A stretch of 64,000 nt of DNA from Spirochaetia bacterium (GCA_963675665.1 OY776510.1:3712001-3776000); one strand, 5' to 3'; shown: positions 39,771-49,791, counted from the stretch's first letter. Notes: generated by a model from the sequence alone, not told the origin. A program made the numbers and translations.

Positions 39771-40601
39771 CTATACATGTGAATACTGTACCTCAGGTTC
39801 TGTTATTCCGTTAATGGAAACCGTAATATGATAATGCATATCTGTTCTATAATATCTCCTATTTTCAGAAATGAACTCCTGTAACACGATATCATGCGGG
39901 TGACGGTAATCACGTCTAAACATACAACTAATCCCGAGCATCGCTTCTGCAGGGCATTGTCGTAACCAGGTCGGCCGACCGTGATGATCCAGACTGCCGT
40001 TCCGGGAACCATGATGAGGCACCTTAAAAAAAACAGTATCCGTCGGTATTTTTGAGGCTATTTCATCCCAGACTTCCTGCTCGGCATCTCCTGTCAACAA
40101 TGCTGTACTGTTCCCGTATTTCATGGAAATCACTACGGAATTATTGTTTTCATTATCGGAAATCCGGCCGTCATGGGGCCATAAGGTCTTCATTTCGACA
40201 TCTCCAAAAACAGGAAGTTCCTTGCTTGTATGTGCAGCGTCATATTGTTCTACTTTTGCCCTTGGATTGGCACAGTATTTCATTAACAGCGAATTCTGAT
40301 TCAATTTATGCGACTTTGGATGAAGGAAGTATCGTGTGCCGAATTTTTGCATAATACCCTTGATACCATTCATATGATCGTCATGGGGATGAGACAACAG
40401 AATAAAATCAAACAGGGGTGACGGGGTGTCTATACGCTTCAGACTGAAAAAACGCTTTATGAAAATCTGTGTTGATTTGATTTCCTTAGTGTCATTCGAA
40501 TCGATCAATCCGTAATGAGCATTGCCCTGTTCATCTATATGCTCGATAAAAATCGAATCACCCCATCCTGAATCAATTAATGTAATATTTAATTTTCCCA
40601 T
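39771..40601 (-). CDS. ComEC/Rec2-like metallo-beta-lactamase-fold hydrolase, cytoplasmic
   Basis: GWGDS, LIDS, SHPHDDHMNG, NNNSVV, LTGDAE, KVPHHGS, HPH; no signal peptide or competence TM domain. Confidence 0.85.
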   Translation of the reverse strand: MGKLNITLIDSGWGDSIFIEHIDEQGNAHYGLIDSNDTKEIKSTQIFIKRFFSLKRIDTPSPLFDFILLSHPHDDHMNGIKGIMQKFGTRYFLHPKSHKLNQNSLLMKYCANPRAKVEQYDAAHTSKELPVFGDVEMKTLWPHDGRISDNENNNSVVISMKYGNSTALLTGDAEQEVWDEIASKIPTDTVFFKVPHHGSRNGSLDHHGRPTWLRQCPAEAMLGISCMFRRDYRHPHDIVLQEFISENRRYYRTDMHYHITVSINGITEPEVQYSHV

Positions 40602-40602
40602 T

Positions 40603-41157
40603 TCAGTTTATCCTTTTTAATTCGAGTTTGCTGTTCTTGGGATATACTTCAATGACGTTTTTCAATACATTCTCACCCCATCTGGTAAAAGCCCTGGTTT
40701 CATTCTCAGAGAACACGATTTCGGAATTCACATCCCGAATACCGAAATCGTATGCAGAGGAAACAGCATTATCTCTTTTAAGCAGATATAACCTGGTAAA
40801 AAGATCAGCTGAAATCCTGAAAACATCACCCTTTTCCGGTTTTTTTTCTGCCCTTAACAAGGCATTAGGAATCCAGATATAATCAGCTTCGATATAAAAG
40901 TGTTCCAAATCTTCAGCATAATTAAACAGTTGTTCAAACTCGTCAGGCGAGTCGAAATACAACTTTTTTCCGACAGGTTTGTAAATCACACCTGCTATTT
41001 CAAGCGGAAAAAAAGCAATTTCAAAATTTTCAAAAGAAAAGTTCAGATTTCCTGCAGGTTCCAGTAGTTCAATATAATAATAACTTGCCCTTGTCATTTT
41101 AAAATCGTCAAAAATTTTCTGATCATCAATAATTATTGGAATAGTAAATAAATTCAT
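40603..41157 (-). CDS. Hypothetical protein coupled to the MBL hydrolase
   Basis: 184-aa ORF with AAGGAG RBS; its stop is 1 nt from the next start. Confidence 0.7.
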   Translation of the reverse strand: MNLFTIPIIIDDQKIFDDFKMTRASYYYIELLEPAGNLNFSFENFEIAFFPLEIAGVIYKPVGKKLYFDSPDEFEQLFNYAEDLEHFYIEADYIWIPNALLRAEKKPEKGDVFRISADLFTRLYLLKRDNAVSSAYDFGIRDVNSEIVFSENETRAFTRWGENVLKNVIEVYPKNSKLELKRIN

Positions 41158-41170
41158 AAATTCTCCTTTT

Positions 41171-41719
41171 TTATATCACGTTTTTGCTTTTTATTAATTC
41201 AATCTTCTTTGCTATTTCATTTATAGAATCATGGCATTTTTGCTGGTTTTTAATGTTGCCTCCTTTTATACCAAAAAACTGTAAACCTGAGCTATCAGCA
41301 AAGATTCTATCACTTTCAGAGTCTCCAATCATTATTGAGTCACCAGCTTTTATATTACTATATTTGCTTAATGCCTGTTTAAACATCCCTGTTTTAGGTT
41401 TCTTACACTCGCAGTTTTCCTGATCTGTATGCCTGCAGTAAAATACATCTAATACGTTTACAGCATTTTCTACCAATTGACTTAGGATTTTTTCCGAAAA
41501 AGCGTTATATTGCTCCAAACTAATAATACCTTCATTTATTATATATTGATTTGTAATTATAATGATCTCATATTCCAACTTAATTAATCTTTGTATCCCT
41601 TTAATGGAATCTTCAAGAAAGTCCGGTTCGGTTATATAGCTCCATTCACTGTCAGGATAATCACGAATAATTGTTCCGTCTCTATCTATAAATGCAACCT
41701 TCATTGTATTATTCTCCAT
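41171..41719 (-). CDS. HAD-IIIA hydrolase (GmhB/HisB-N-like)
   Basis: FIDRDGTI, ITNQ, CRH..C.C.KPKTGM, MIGDSESD. Confidence 0.9.
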   Translation of the reverse strand: MENNTMKVAFIDRDGTIIRDYPDSEWSYITEPDFLEDSIKGIQRLIKLEYEIIIITNQYIINEGIISLEQYNAFSEKILSQLVENAVNVLDVFYCRHTDQENCECKKPKTGMFKQALSKYSNIKAGDSIMIGDSESDRIFADSSGLQFFGIKGGNIKNQQKCHDSINEIAKKIELIKSKNVI

Positions 41720-41752
41720 CCGCCGGATCTCATTTTACCAAAGCCCATGAAT

Positions 41753-41785
41753 AAAAAAAAGACCGGTTAGCACTTAACCGGTCCC
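41753..41785 (-). terminator. Rho-independent terminator after xylA
   Basis: On - strand GACCGGTTA-AGTGC-TAACCGGTC followed by T8. Confidence 0.8.
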
Positions 41786-41807
41786 ATTCAATTCAGATGA
41801 AATATTT

Positions 41808-43151
41808 TTATTTTCCGTAAATAGCACTGTTTATCAGGTTCTCATACAGTTCCTGTTTCCCGCTCAGCATGGCAGGCTCCGCGGTTTCCGCCGCAAGATC
41901 ACGCAGCTGTTCAAGACTGTAATTGCCTTTTTCAAATTCAGATCCATTGCCCGAATCGTATGATGCATAGCGCTTCTTTAGCATTGACGGAATTTTGCCT
42001 TCGTTCTTGATTTTATACGCTGCCTCAAGACCAAGTGCAAAGGCGTCCATTCCACCGATATGAGCAATAAAAAGATCTTCCGGGTCAGTAGAATTTCTTC
42101 TTCGCTTAGCATCAAAATTCAATCCGCCTTTTCCGAGTCCGCCGTTATCAAGCACAACCATCATAGCCCTGGTAGTTTCGTATACGTTAGTCGGAAATTG
42201 ATCGGTATCCCACCCATTCTGATAATCACCCTGGTTGGCGTCTATACTGCCCAGAAGCCCGGCGTCTACAGCTACCTGCAGATCATGCCAGAAGGTATGG
42301 CCTGCAAGTGTTGCATGGTTATTTTCTATATTGACGCGAAAATCCTTGTCCAGACCATTGGTTTTAATAAATGCCACAACGGTCTCAGTGTCATAATCAT
42401 ACTGGTGTTTGGTCGGTTCCATCGGCTTGGGCTCAATCATGAACTGGCCCTTAAATCCCATTTTCCGGCCGTAATCGCGGGCTGTTTCGAGCATTCTGAG
42501 AAGGTGTTCCTTTTCCCGTTTCATATTGGTGTTAAGAAGACTCATATAACCTTCGCGTCCGCCCCAAAAGACATAACCTTCACCGCCCAAATAAATAGTT
42601 GCATCAATTGCAGCCTTAATCTGAGCGGCAGCATAGGCAAGAACCTCAAAATTGGGATTGGTAAAAGCGCCGTTCATGTACCGTTCATGAGAAAAAAGAT
42701 TGGCAGTACCCCAGAGAAGATTCATCCCGGTAGCATCCTGCCTTTCCTTCGCCATTTCGACTATCGTCTGAAGATTTTTTTCCGTTTCGGCTACGTTTGC
42801 CCCTTCAGGTGCTATATCGCGATCATGAAAACAGTAATAAGGCGCATCTATTTTTGTGAAGAACTCAAAAGCTGCATCTACCTTGTCTTTTGCCTTATCC
42901 ATAGGATCCGACTTTTCATTCCAGGGGTAAAAGTGGGTTGTACCGCCGAAAGGATCTGTTCCGTCTCCGCAGAATGAATGCCAGTAGGCAATCGCAAACC
43001 TTAAATGTTCCTTCATTGTTTTTCCGCCGATCATTTTGTCGGGATCATAAAACTTGAATGCAAGCGGATTATCAGACTGCGAACCTTCAAACCTGACCTT
43101 GCCTATCCCGGGAAAATACTCCCTGTTACCAATAAAAAAATCTTTTGCCAT
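41808..43151 (-). CDS. xylA: Xylose isomerase (class II)
   Basis: [41 protein letters not shown]. Confidence 0.98.
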   Translation of the reverse strand: MAKDFFIGNREYFPGIGKVRFEGSQSDNPLAFKFYDPDKMIGGKTMKEHLRFAIAYWHSFCGDGTDPFGGTTHFYPWNEKSDPMDKAKDKVDAAFEFFTKIDAPYYCFHDRDIAPEGANVAETEKNLQTIVEMAKERQDATGMNLLWGTANLFSHERYMNGAFTNPNFEVLAYAAAQIKAAIDATIYLGGEGYVFWGGREGYMSLLNTNMKREKEHLLRMLETARDYGRKMGFKGQFMIEPKPMEPTKHQYDYDTETVVAFIKTNGLDKDFRVNIENNHATLAGHTFWHDLQVAVDAGLLGSIDANQGDYQNGWDTDQFPTNVYETTRAMMVVLDNGGLGKGGLNFDAKRRRNSTDPEDLFIAHIGGMDAFALGLEAAYKIKNEGKIPSMLKKRYASYDSGNGSEFEKGNYSLEQLRDLAAETAEPAMLSGKQELYENLINSAIYGK

Positions 43152-43157
43152 ATTAAT

Positions 43158-43253
43158 CTCCTATTTTTTCCGCCATGGATGGCGGTATGTATTTGAGTAA
43201 GTTTGCTTAAGCAAACTTCAGATTTAAAAATTACATGGAAGTAATTTTTAAAT
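43158..43253 (-). repeat. Three-hairpin intercistronic element, copy B
   Basis: On - strand ATTTAAAAATTAC-TTCCAT-GTAATTTTTAAAT; TGAAGTTTGC-TTAA-GCAAACTT; CCGCC-ATCCAT-GGCGG; then ATAGGAG SD of xylA. Confidence 0.75.
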
Positions 43254-44741
43254 AAACTTTGGTTTTAGCAGTTCAAGATACTGCTTGTACTCGTCATATA
43301 CTTGTTCGTATTCCTTAACCGAGGATGGATCAGGAAAAACGGTTTCTTCCTCTCTCAGCCTTATATGCTTATCCGTAATGTCCGACAGTTCCGAATGACT
43401 CTCCTCGGAATTCTTCAAAGCCCATAATGCCTGAAGCGCGGCGCCCAGCGCGGCAGCCTCTTCTTCAACAAGGGTAACAACCTTTGCGTTTAATGCATCC
43501 GCCGTGATTTTCCGCCACAGCGCGCTTTTTGCTCCGCCGCCGATAAGTCGAACCTCATTTGTTTTCACTCCAAGAGCTGCAAGCGACTCAAATCCAAGCT
43601 TCAAACCGAAAACAGCAGACTCCATTGAAGCGCGCATGATATTGGCTTCGGTCACATTATTCATGTTCATACCGGCAATTACGGCACGTCCGTTCGGAAG
43701 GCTGGGAGTCCTCTCGCCGCTGAAATACGGAAGCATAATTATTCCGCCTGCGCCGGGACCCGCAGATTCGGCTTTGGCATTGAGTTCGTCAAGCGGCATC
43801 TCAAACAGCGCCCGCATCTGCTCGGTCGCCACGGTACAGTTCATTGTACAAAGAAGCGGCAGCCAGCCGCCTGTGGATGAACAGAAAGCCGCAAGGTTTC
43901 CTTCCGGATCAATCAACGGATTGTCTCCGTATACATAGATTGTGCCTGATGTTCCGAGGCTCATCGTCAAAACGCCTTCCTGAACAGCACCTGTTCCCAC
44001 CGCACCCATCATGTTATCGCCGCCGCCGGTTGAAACGGGGATGCCTTCAGGTATCCCGAAATACGACGCTGCTTTTTGCGTAACGAAACCTGCCAGATCA
44101 TCAGCGTCCTTCAGTTCAGGAAGGCATGACAGCAAATCCCTGTCGGGATCAATTGCCCTTAGCACGTCTTTTGACCAGCAACGTTTTCGAACATCCAGAA
44201 AAGCCGTTCCCGAGGCATCGCCGTATTCAGCCGTATATTCGCCGGTCAGAATAAAGTTCATATAGTCATGCGGAAGCATGATATGAGCAAGCCTGGCATA
44301 AAGTTCAGGTTTGTTCTTTTTAAGCCAGAGCACTTTCGGCGCCGTGTATCCCGGCAGTACTTTGTTACCGGCTTTCTCAATAAGTTCAGCCTCGCCGCCG
44401 AACCGTTCCGTTATTTCCCTGCATTCCGCCGCCGTTGAAACATCATTCCACAGCTTGGCATTGTAAAGAGGTTTTCCGTCGGAGTCCGCCGGCACAAAAC
44501 CATGCTGCTGCCCGGAAACCCCGACAGCCCTTATCGTCTTTCTGATGCCTGGTTCAATTGAATCCGAACATATCTTTGCGGCTTCTATCCACCATTCAGC
44601 TTTCTGCTCGCTTGTTCCGTCAGCTTTTGTAATGATATCAAGCTTCTGCTGGGCCGTAGCTACTGTTTTCTTCGATTCGTAATCATAAACAAGGAACTTG
44701 ATGCTTTGAGTTCCCATATCGATTCCAAGAACCGTATTCAT
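43248..44741 (-). CDS. xylB: Xylulokinase
   Basis: LGIDMGTQS, SGQQHG, GDASGT, GGGDN, GERTP, GGGAKS. Confidence 0.96.
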   Translation of the reverse strand: MNTVLGIDMGTQSIKFLVYDYESKKTVATAQQKLDIITKADGTSEQKAEWWIEAAKICSDSIEPGIRKTIRAVGVSGQQHGFVPADSDGKPLYNAKLWNDVSTAAECREITERFGGEAELIEKAGNKVLPGYTAPKVLWLKKNKPELYARLAHIMLPHDYMNFILTGEYTAEYGDASGTAFLDVRKRCWSKDVLRAIDPDRDLLSCLPELKDADDLAGFVTQKAASYFGIPEGIPVSTGGGDNMMGAVGTGAVQEGVLTMSLGTSGTIYVYGDNPLIDPEGNLAAFCSSTGGWLPLLCTMNCTVATEQMRALFEMPLDELNAKAESAGPGAGGIIMLPYFSGERTPSLPNGRAVIAGMNMNNVTEANIMRASMESAVFGLKLGFESLAALGVKTNEVRLIGGGAKSALWRKITADALNAKVVTLVEEEAAALGAALQALWALKNSEESHSELSDITDKHIRLREEETVFPDPSSVKEYEQVYDEYKQYLELLKPKFI

Positions 44742-44856
44742 ATTTCCCCCTTTGCGTAATTCCACTTTAATACCGGATCCGGACTTTTAATATGGAAAAG
44801 ATTGCCATTACATATATATAATTGACATTGATTTTAACAAATGGTAGCTTTTTAAC

Positions 44857-45675
44857 ATGCAGATCAGCATAAGCGATGCAGTTTTCGTATACCTTCTTCA
44901 GGATGACGATCAGATAAGGTGGCACAGCCGGACTCACACTCACAGAGACGATGAATATGAGATTCATTACTTTTTACAGGGAGCAGGATCATTTCAGAAT
45001 GCCGGCGTGACAAGGAAGCTTACGCCCGGTTCCCTTTTTTTAAGCGCTCCCGGCGAAATCCACACGGTAATGCCCGCCTCCAAAACACATCCGATAACCT
45101 ACTACGCCATTCTTTTCAGGGTCACGGAAAATGATTCGGAATTCATTAAACTTCTTGAACAGCTTGATATCCATCGAAAACACAGCAATGTCGGAACCAA
45201 TTACCGTTTCTTTTTTGAGGAGCTGAAAGACAAATTTCTGTCCCACAACAGAGCCAGGGTAAACTCGGGCATTCATCAGTTTATTTCTTTTTTGTATATG
45301 CTCAGCGACGACAGCTGGAATTTTCATTATTCGGACGGAAGCAACACCCATATTGAGCGTTCACTGAGGATAATGCAGAATAATGTGTTCGATAAACTCA
45401 CCCTGGAGGAACTTTCCGACAAGCTCAAGCTGAACAAGTCGTATTTTATCAGGCTGTTCAGTAAAAAGATGAACACAACGCCTATGAAATATTTCACAAA
45501 ACTAAAGATTGAAGCAGCGTCGTCAATGCTTATAAGTACGCCGCTGCCCATATATGAGATATCAGAAAAGCTGTGTTTTTACAGCGAATTTCATTTCAGT
45601 AAATGTTTCAAACATTACAAGGGAATTCCGCCCAGTGAATACAGGGCCAATTACAGCGCGACTCAGATAGGATAA
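44857..45675 (+). CDS. AraC-family regulator (cupin plus HTH), divergent from xylBA
   Basis: HTH..YEIHY cupin; FYSEFHFSKCFK..PSEYR HTH. Confidence 0.9.
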   Translation: MQISISDAVFVYLLQDDDQIRWHSRTHTHRDDEYEIHYFLQGAGSFQNAGVTRKLTPGSLFLSAPGEIHTVMPASKTHPITYYAILFRVTENDSEFIKLLEQLDIHRKHSNVGTNYRFFFEELKDKFLSHNRARVNSGIHQFISFLYMLSDDSWNFHYSDGSNTHIERSLRIMQNNVFDKLTLEELSDKLKLNKSYFIRLFSKKMNTTPMKYFTKLKIEAASSMLISTPLPIYEISEKLCFYSEFHFSKCFKHYKGIPPSEYRANYSATQIG

Positions 45676-45681
45676 TCCGTT

Positions 45682-46104
45682 TCACTCACACGGAATAACC
45701 AGCACCGGAATATTGAGCTGATTTATTATTCGTCTTTCCTTTGTGTTTTCTGAAAGCCTCTGAAGAATTGAATGTTTGTGATGTCCGACAACAAGCATGT
45801 CCGGTTTCCATTCTTTTACAACGGTTTTTATTTCCTCTACCGGATCACCGACCTGTTCGAAATCTACAAAACCCGCATCAGGAAACTTTTTTTTCACATC
45901 CTCTACAGTTTTTTCCGCCCTCATCCTGTCGATATCTTCAAGATCAGACGGATATATTCCCGCTTCGATATAACCAATGGACAATCGGGCAACATCAATC
46001 AGGCCAACCTCAGCATTCAGCTGTTCTGCAACCTCCAGAGCCCTGCTGACCAGGCAAGTATCCGGAAGTTGATCATCGATTGCTATAAGAATTTTCCTTA
46101 TCAT
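45682..46104 (-). CDS. Universal stress protein
   Basis: KILIAID, GDPVEEI, DMLVVG, IPVLVIP. Confidence 0.88.
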   Translation of the reverse strand: MIRKILIAIDDQLPDTCLVSRALEVAEQLNAEVGLIDVARLSIGYIEAGIYPSDLEDIDRMRAEKTVEDVKKKFPDAGFVDFEQVGDPVEEIKTVVKEWKPDMLVVGHHKHSILQRLSENTKERRIINQLNIPVLVIPCE

Positions 46105-46352
46105 AACGCACCTCCTGTACGTTAATGCCTTTAACGTACCGCAACACTGCTGTAATACTGTGTTACGTTACTTGTTAATAGTATATTATGAATTCTGTTG
46201 AAAACAAAGCCTGCGTCAGGATAAATTAATCAGAGACACCGCATAAACTGATTAGACAGATAATTACTCCAAACAATAATTATAGATCTCTTAATGCTTG
46301 ATGCAGATGCTGTTTTTATGTATTATCATCGACAGTTGAAATAAATCAGCGA

Positions 46353-46424
46353 GCCAGAATAGCTCAGCGGTAGAGCAGCTCACTCGTAATGAGCAGGTCT
46401 GGGGTTCAATTCCCCATTCTGGCT
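46353..46424 (+). tRNA. tRNA-Thr(CGT)
   Basis: GCCAGAA/TTCTGGC acceptor stem, GCTC/GAGC D arm, GCTCA-CTCGTAA-TGAGC anticodon arm, TGGGG-TTCAATT-CCCCA T arm; CCA not encoded. Confidence 0.96.
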
Positions 46425-46907
46425 TTTTCCAAAGCCCGCCTTGTTATTGATAACCAAATTTTATTCTTTTTCGTAATGACGCAGGTAGAGCAATTTACAG
46501 CGGAGCCGGCACGGCGCAGATGGAAATTGCTCCGGGTTCCAATTCCCCATTCTGGCTTGATGGGCAGACGGTTTTTATATCCCTGGTTCGTGCTCACTCG
46601 TAATGACGCAGGTAGAGCAATTTACAGCGGAGCCGGCACGGCGCAGGTGGAAATTGCTCCGGGTTCCAATTCCCCATTCTGGCTTGATGGGCAGACGGTT
46701 TTTATATCCCTGGTTCGTGCTCACTCGTAATGACGCAGGTAGAGCAATTTACAGCGGAGCCGGCACGGCGCAGGTGGAAATTGCTCCGGGTTCCAATTCC
46801 CCATTCTGGCTTTTTCCAAAGCCCGCCTTGTTATTGATAACCAAATTTTATTCTTTCTCGTAATGACGCAGGTAGAGCAATTTGCAGCGGAGCCGGCACG
46901 GCGCAGA
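46425..46907 (+). repeat. tRNA-derived repeat/spacer array (3 full plus 1 partial unit)
   Basis: Units begin TCGTAATGACGCAGGT at 46471, 46598, 46725 and 46858 and end AATTCCCCATTCTGGCT (the tRNA 3' end). Spacer order is A,B,B,A. Confidence 0.9.
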
Positions 46908-47795
46908 TTATTGTCTCAAATCGGATACAAGATCCCCAAGCAGATCGGCTGTAACAGCCCCGTTTCTTACTGAATGGATTTTCCCGGTCAGGTTGATTAT
47001 GAATGTGGTCGGAACTGTTGAGATCCTGTAGGCTTCTGCAACTGTACCTGCTGAATCGAACAGAACGGGAAAATTCAGCCGGTTCTCCTCAAGATATCTC
47101 TTTATGTTTTCCGGATCAGATTCAGTTGAATACAAATTAACGGACAGAAAGACAACTTCCTCTTCATTGATCCCGGCAGCAAACTCAACAAGTTCAGGCA
47201 TTTCGGCACGGCAGGGAGGACACCAGCTTGCCCAGAAATTCAGCACTACTGTTTGCCCTCTGTAATTCGAAAGCCGGAAAATTTTTCCATTCTCATCTTG
47301 AAGGCTGAAATCAGGGGCTGCATCTCCTTCGACAACTGAGATTGGTGCATTCCAGGCCGTTTTTTTATTAATAAAAAACATGCCGCTCCCGAGCAAAATA
47401 AAAAGTACAGCAAAAACCGTAATATTCAAAACAAGGGCTTTCACGGCCTCTTTACGGCCTTTCTTTTGCCGTAAAAGGGCTGCCGAGGCATATACTGCAG
47501 CAACGCCTGAAGCCGCAAAAAGACCTGTCTTTCCGCCGGGCAGGTAAAGAATCGCGGCAGGATTGCTTAATACCGTTGAAAATTGAAATATAAGCGGAGA
47601 CAACTTCCATACTGCTATAACGATGAAAAATATATTAAACAGAATTTTATCGGCACGCCCGAGAAGTTCTTTCCTGTCTTTATACAGGAACCTGATAACA
47701 ATAGAATACATAACCAGGCAGAGAAAAAATACGATCACCCCTGCCGGGATATTAAGGGGACCTATTGAAATTGTCTGTCCGAGCGAATTTAACAT
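46908..47795 (-). CDS. TlpA-family thiol:disulfide oxidoreductase with N-terminal membrane domain
   Basis: APDFSL, NFWASWCPPCRAEMP, VPTTFII. Confidence 0.9.
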   Translation of the reverse strand: MLNSLGQTISIGPLNIPAGVIVFFLCLVMYSIVIRFLYKDRKELLGRADKILFNIFFIVIAVWKLSPLIFQFSTVLSNPAAILYLPGGKTGLFAASGVAAVYASAALLRQKKGRKEAVKALVLNITVFAVLFILLGSGMFFINKKTAWNAPISVVEGDAAPDFSLQDENGKIFRLSNYRGQTVVLNFWASWCPPCRAEMPELVEFAAGINEEEVVFLSVNLYSTESDPENIKRYLEENRLNFPVLFDSAGTVAEAYRISTVPTTFIINLTGKIHSVRNGAVTADLLGDLVSDLRQ

Positions 47796-47853
47796 TCCGC
47801 GACACCTCTACTGAAAGCTTGAAGAAATCTTAAAAGCATAGCATATTTTACTC

Positions 47854-49164
47854 ATGGATCCGAGTTCTGAAAACCTTAAAAAACAGGCGCTGACAGTTAC
47901 CCTGGTCAAAATCACGTCTTTTGCCCGAACCTGTTTTCTCCATTATTTCCTCGACGGGGAACACTACAATGCAATCCTAAAAAATCCGGATGTATTAAGC
48001 GGAAACATAATCACCGGGACCGAACTGAAGATCAACCTTTATACTTCAGATACTGATGCATTTCCGGAGGCTGAGCTGTTACTCAGTGATAATGATTTTA
48101 TTCCTGAAGATTTCATCGCAGTCCATAAAAAACAGCTGCCTGCATATTCAACATTTTTCGGCCTGATTTCAAAACCGGAGAATGGGCGCGGCCGGTATTA
48201 TATGCTGCGTGACCATAATGCCGATGGTTTGCTGCTGTGCACGGGCACCTATGAAATTAAAAACGGAAAAGGCTGCTGCAGCGTATTCGACGGGCAGTGG
48301 CCGCTCAGATACAATATAATTGAGAACTACTATTACGGAATTGACAGGCCTGAAAGCGAAATTGAATACTGGAAACATCCCCGGATAAAACTCAGAAAAA
48401 TCGACGACAACCTTATATTCAAAAACCTTAAAAAGTCTTACAGGGACTACGCCGCAGGCTGGCACAGATACAATTTCTTTTTCTCCGACGACTGGTCGCT
48501 TCAATTTTACCGAAAACAGGCAATCCTTGGTTTCATATCCATAACCCATACTGAAAACGGAAAAAACCGCCTGACTCCGCAGCTTCAGCGCGAATATGCA
48601 GTGCTTGACTGGAAAAATCTTGTTATCGATAAAGGCGTCGGTAAAATCATCGGCAGCGGGCGCATTGAAAAAGAAAATATCAGCCTTCATATAGACGCCG
48701 ACCCGGCAACAGCGCTTGAACAGCTTAGAAAAGCGTGGCCGGAAACCTGGATTACCGACAGGTATGCGGAACTTGTCATAAAACTCGCTGCCGAATGCAT
48801 CAGGAAAAAAGATAAACGATTCAGAATGTGGGGAGTAACGCTCACCGCCGGAAGCGATAAAAACATCATTGCAGGCGAACTCGGTTACTCGATAGGAAAA
48901 ACCTACACGAGCCTTTCTGGATTTTTTCACCGCGGTGAAAAACAATACAACAACTTCGGGAAACTTCAGATGGTTATGCTCGCGGATGTTCTGCGTAAAG
49001 CCGGTATTAAATTCTGGAACCTCGGCCAGCCTTACATGGAATATAAAATCAAGCTTGGCGCTGAAGTAGTCCCCCGGGGTCTTTTTCTGAAACGATGGGA
49101 CAAGGCCGTCAGAGGCAGAACACCCGAGCTGGGAAAATACTGCCGAGGCAAACCCGCAGTATGA
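47854..49164 (+). CDS. Leucyl/phenylalanyl-tRNA-protein transferase-like protein with extra N-terminal domain
   Basis: TWI, AGELGYSIG..YTSLSGF, GKLQM, WNLG, KLGA in the C-terminal half. Confidence 0.65.
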   Translation: MDPSSENLKKQALTVTLVKITSFARTCFLHYFLDGEHYNAILKNPDVLSGNIITGTELKINLYTSDTDAFPEAELLLSDNDFIPEDFIAVHKKQLPAYSTFFGLISKPENGRGRYYMLRDHNADGLLLCTGTYEIKNGKGCCSVFDGQWPLRYNIIENYYYGIDRPESEIEYWKHPRIKLRKIDDNLIFKNLKKSYRDYAAGWHRYNFFFSDDWSLQFYRKQAILGFISITHTENGKNRLTPQLQREYAVLDWKNLVIDKGVGKIIGSGRIEKENISLHIDADPATALEQLRKAWPETWITDRYAELVIKLAAECIRKKDKRFRMWGVTLTAGSDKNIIAGELGYSIGKTYTSLSGFFHRGEKQYNNFGKLQMVMLADVLRKAGIKFWNLGQPYMEYKIKLGAEVVPRGLFLKRWDKAVRGRTPELGKYCRGKPAV

Positions 49165-49791
49165 TTACTGTTTTTCTGCGGCAATATAATAATTCGGGGG
49201 AGACTCAAAAAGATTCTTTTCCAGAATAATTTTAAAACCGGCATTCTCAACAGATTCAAGCAGATCTGAAGTACTTAACGGGTTAAGATAGGGAAAAACC
49301 CCCAGCCTGCTTAAAAATACCTCAATTGCGGTTTTTAAAGTCGCTTTTTCACCGATACAGTCGGTAACTGACAGAAAGACTCCTCCCGGTTTTAAAAGGT
49401 CGTGGATTCTGCCCAGCAGACCGTCAAGATCCCTGATAAAATAAAGCACGTTAAATGCGGTAACGGCATCGAATGAGCATTCGGAAAATTTCCCTGAAAA
49501 AATGTCGTCGGTGCTGAATTCAACATTCTTGATACCTTTTTCATTCGCTTTGGTCTTTGCGATTGATATCATGCCGCCCGACAGATCAATAGCCTTAATT
49601 TCAGAAACATGTCCTGCAAGCTCTACCGTAGTTATTCCTGTTCCGCAGGCATAATCCAGAACAAGGTCGTCGCTGCCGAGATATTCCTTTGAAAGTTCAA
49701 TAGTGTTTTTATATGCTTCTGCATAAACTGAATTAACCGAATTGTCATAACCTGATGCAATTCTGTCCCAGAATTTTGTTAACTTTTTCAT
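49165..49791 (-). CDS. Class I SAM-dependent methyltransferase
   Basis: FWDRIA, VLDYACGTG, FDAVTAFNVL, LKPGG. Confidence 0.9.
   Translation of the reverse strand: MKKLTKFWDRIASGYDNSVNSVYAEAYKNTIELSKEYLGSDDLVLDYACGTGITTVELAGHVSEIKAIDLSGGMISIAKTKANEKGIKNVEFSTDDIFSGKFSECSFDAVTAFNVLYFIRDLDGLLGRIHDLLKPGGVFLSVTDCIGEKATLKTAIEVFLSRLGVFPYLNPLSTSDLLESVENAGFKIILEKNLFESPPNYYIAAEKQ

Noticed and set aside
38523-41719. Integron cassette array
   Set aside because: Genes are small and co-oriented, but no attC-like RYYYAAC...GTTRRRY palindromes or integrase were seen.
42060-42977. 305-aa ORF antisense to xylA (likewise 48169..48945 and 6565..7173)
   Set aside because: Shadow ORFs opposite well-supported genes, with no recognisable motifs.
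46389-46863. ORFs 46389..46730, 46603..46863 and 46406..46597
   Set aside because: They are translations of the tRNA and its repeats, with no RBS or protein-like features.
46425-46907. CRISPR array
   Set aside because: Repeats are 87 nt and tRNA-derived, spacers recur (A,B,B,A), and no cas genes are present.
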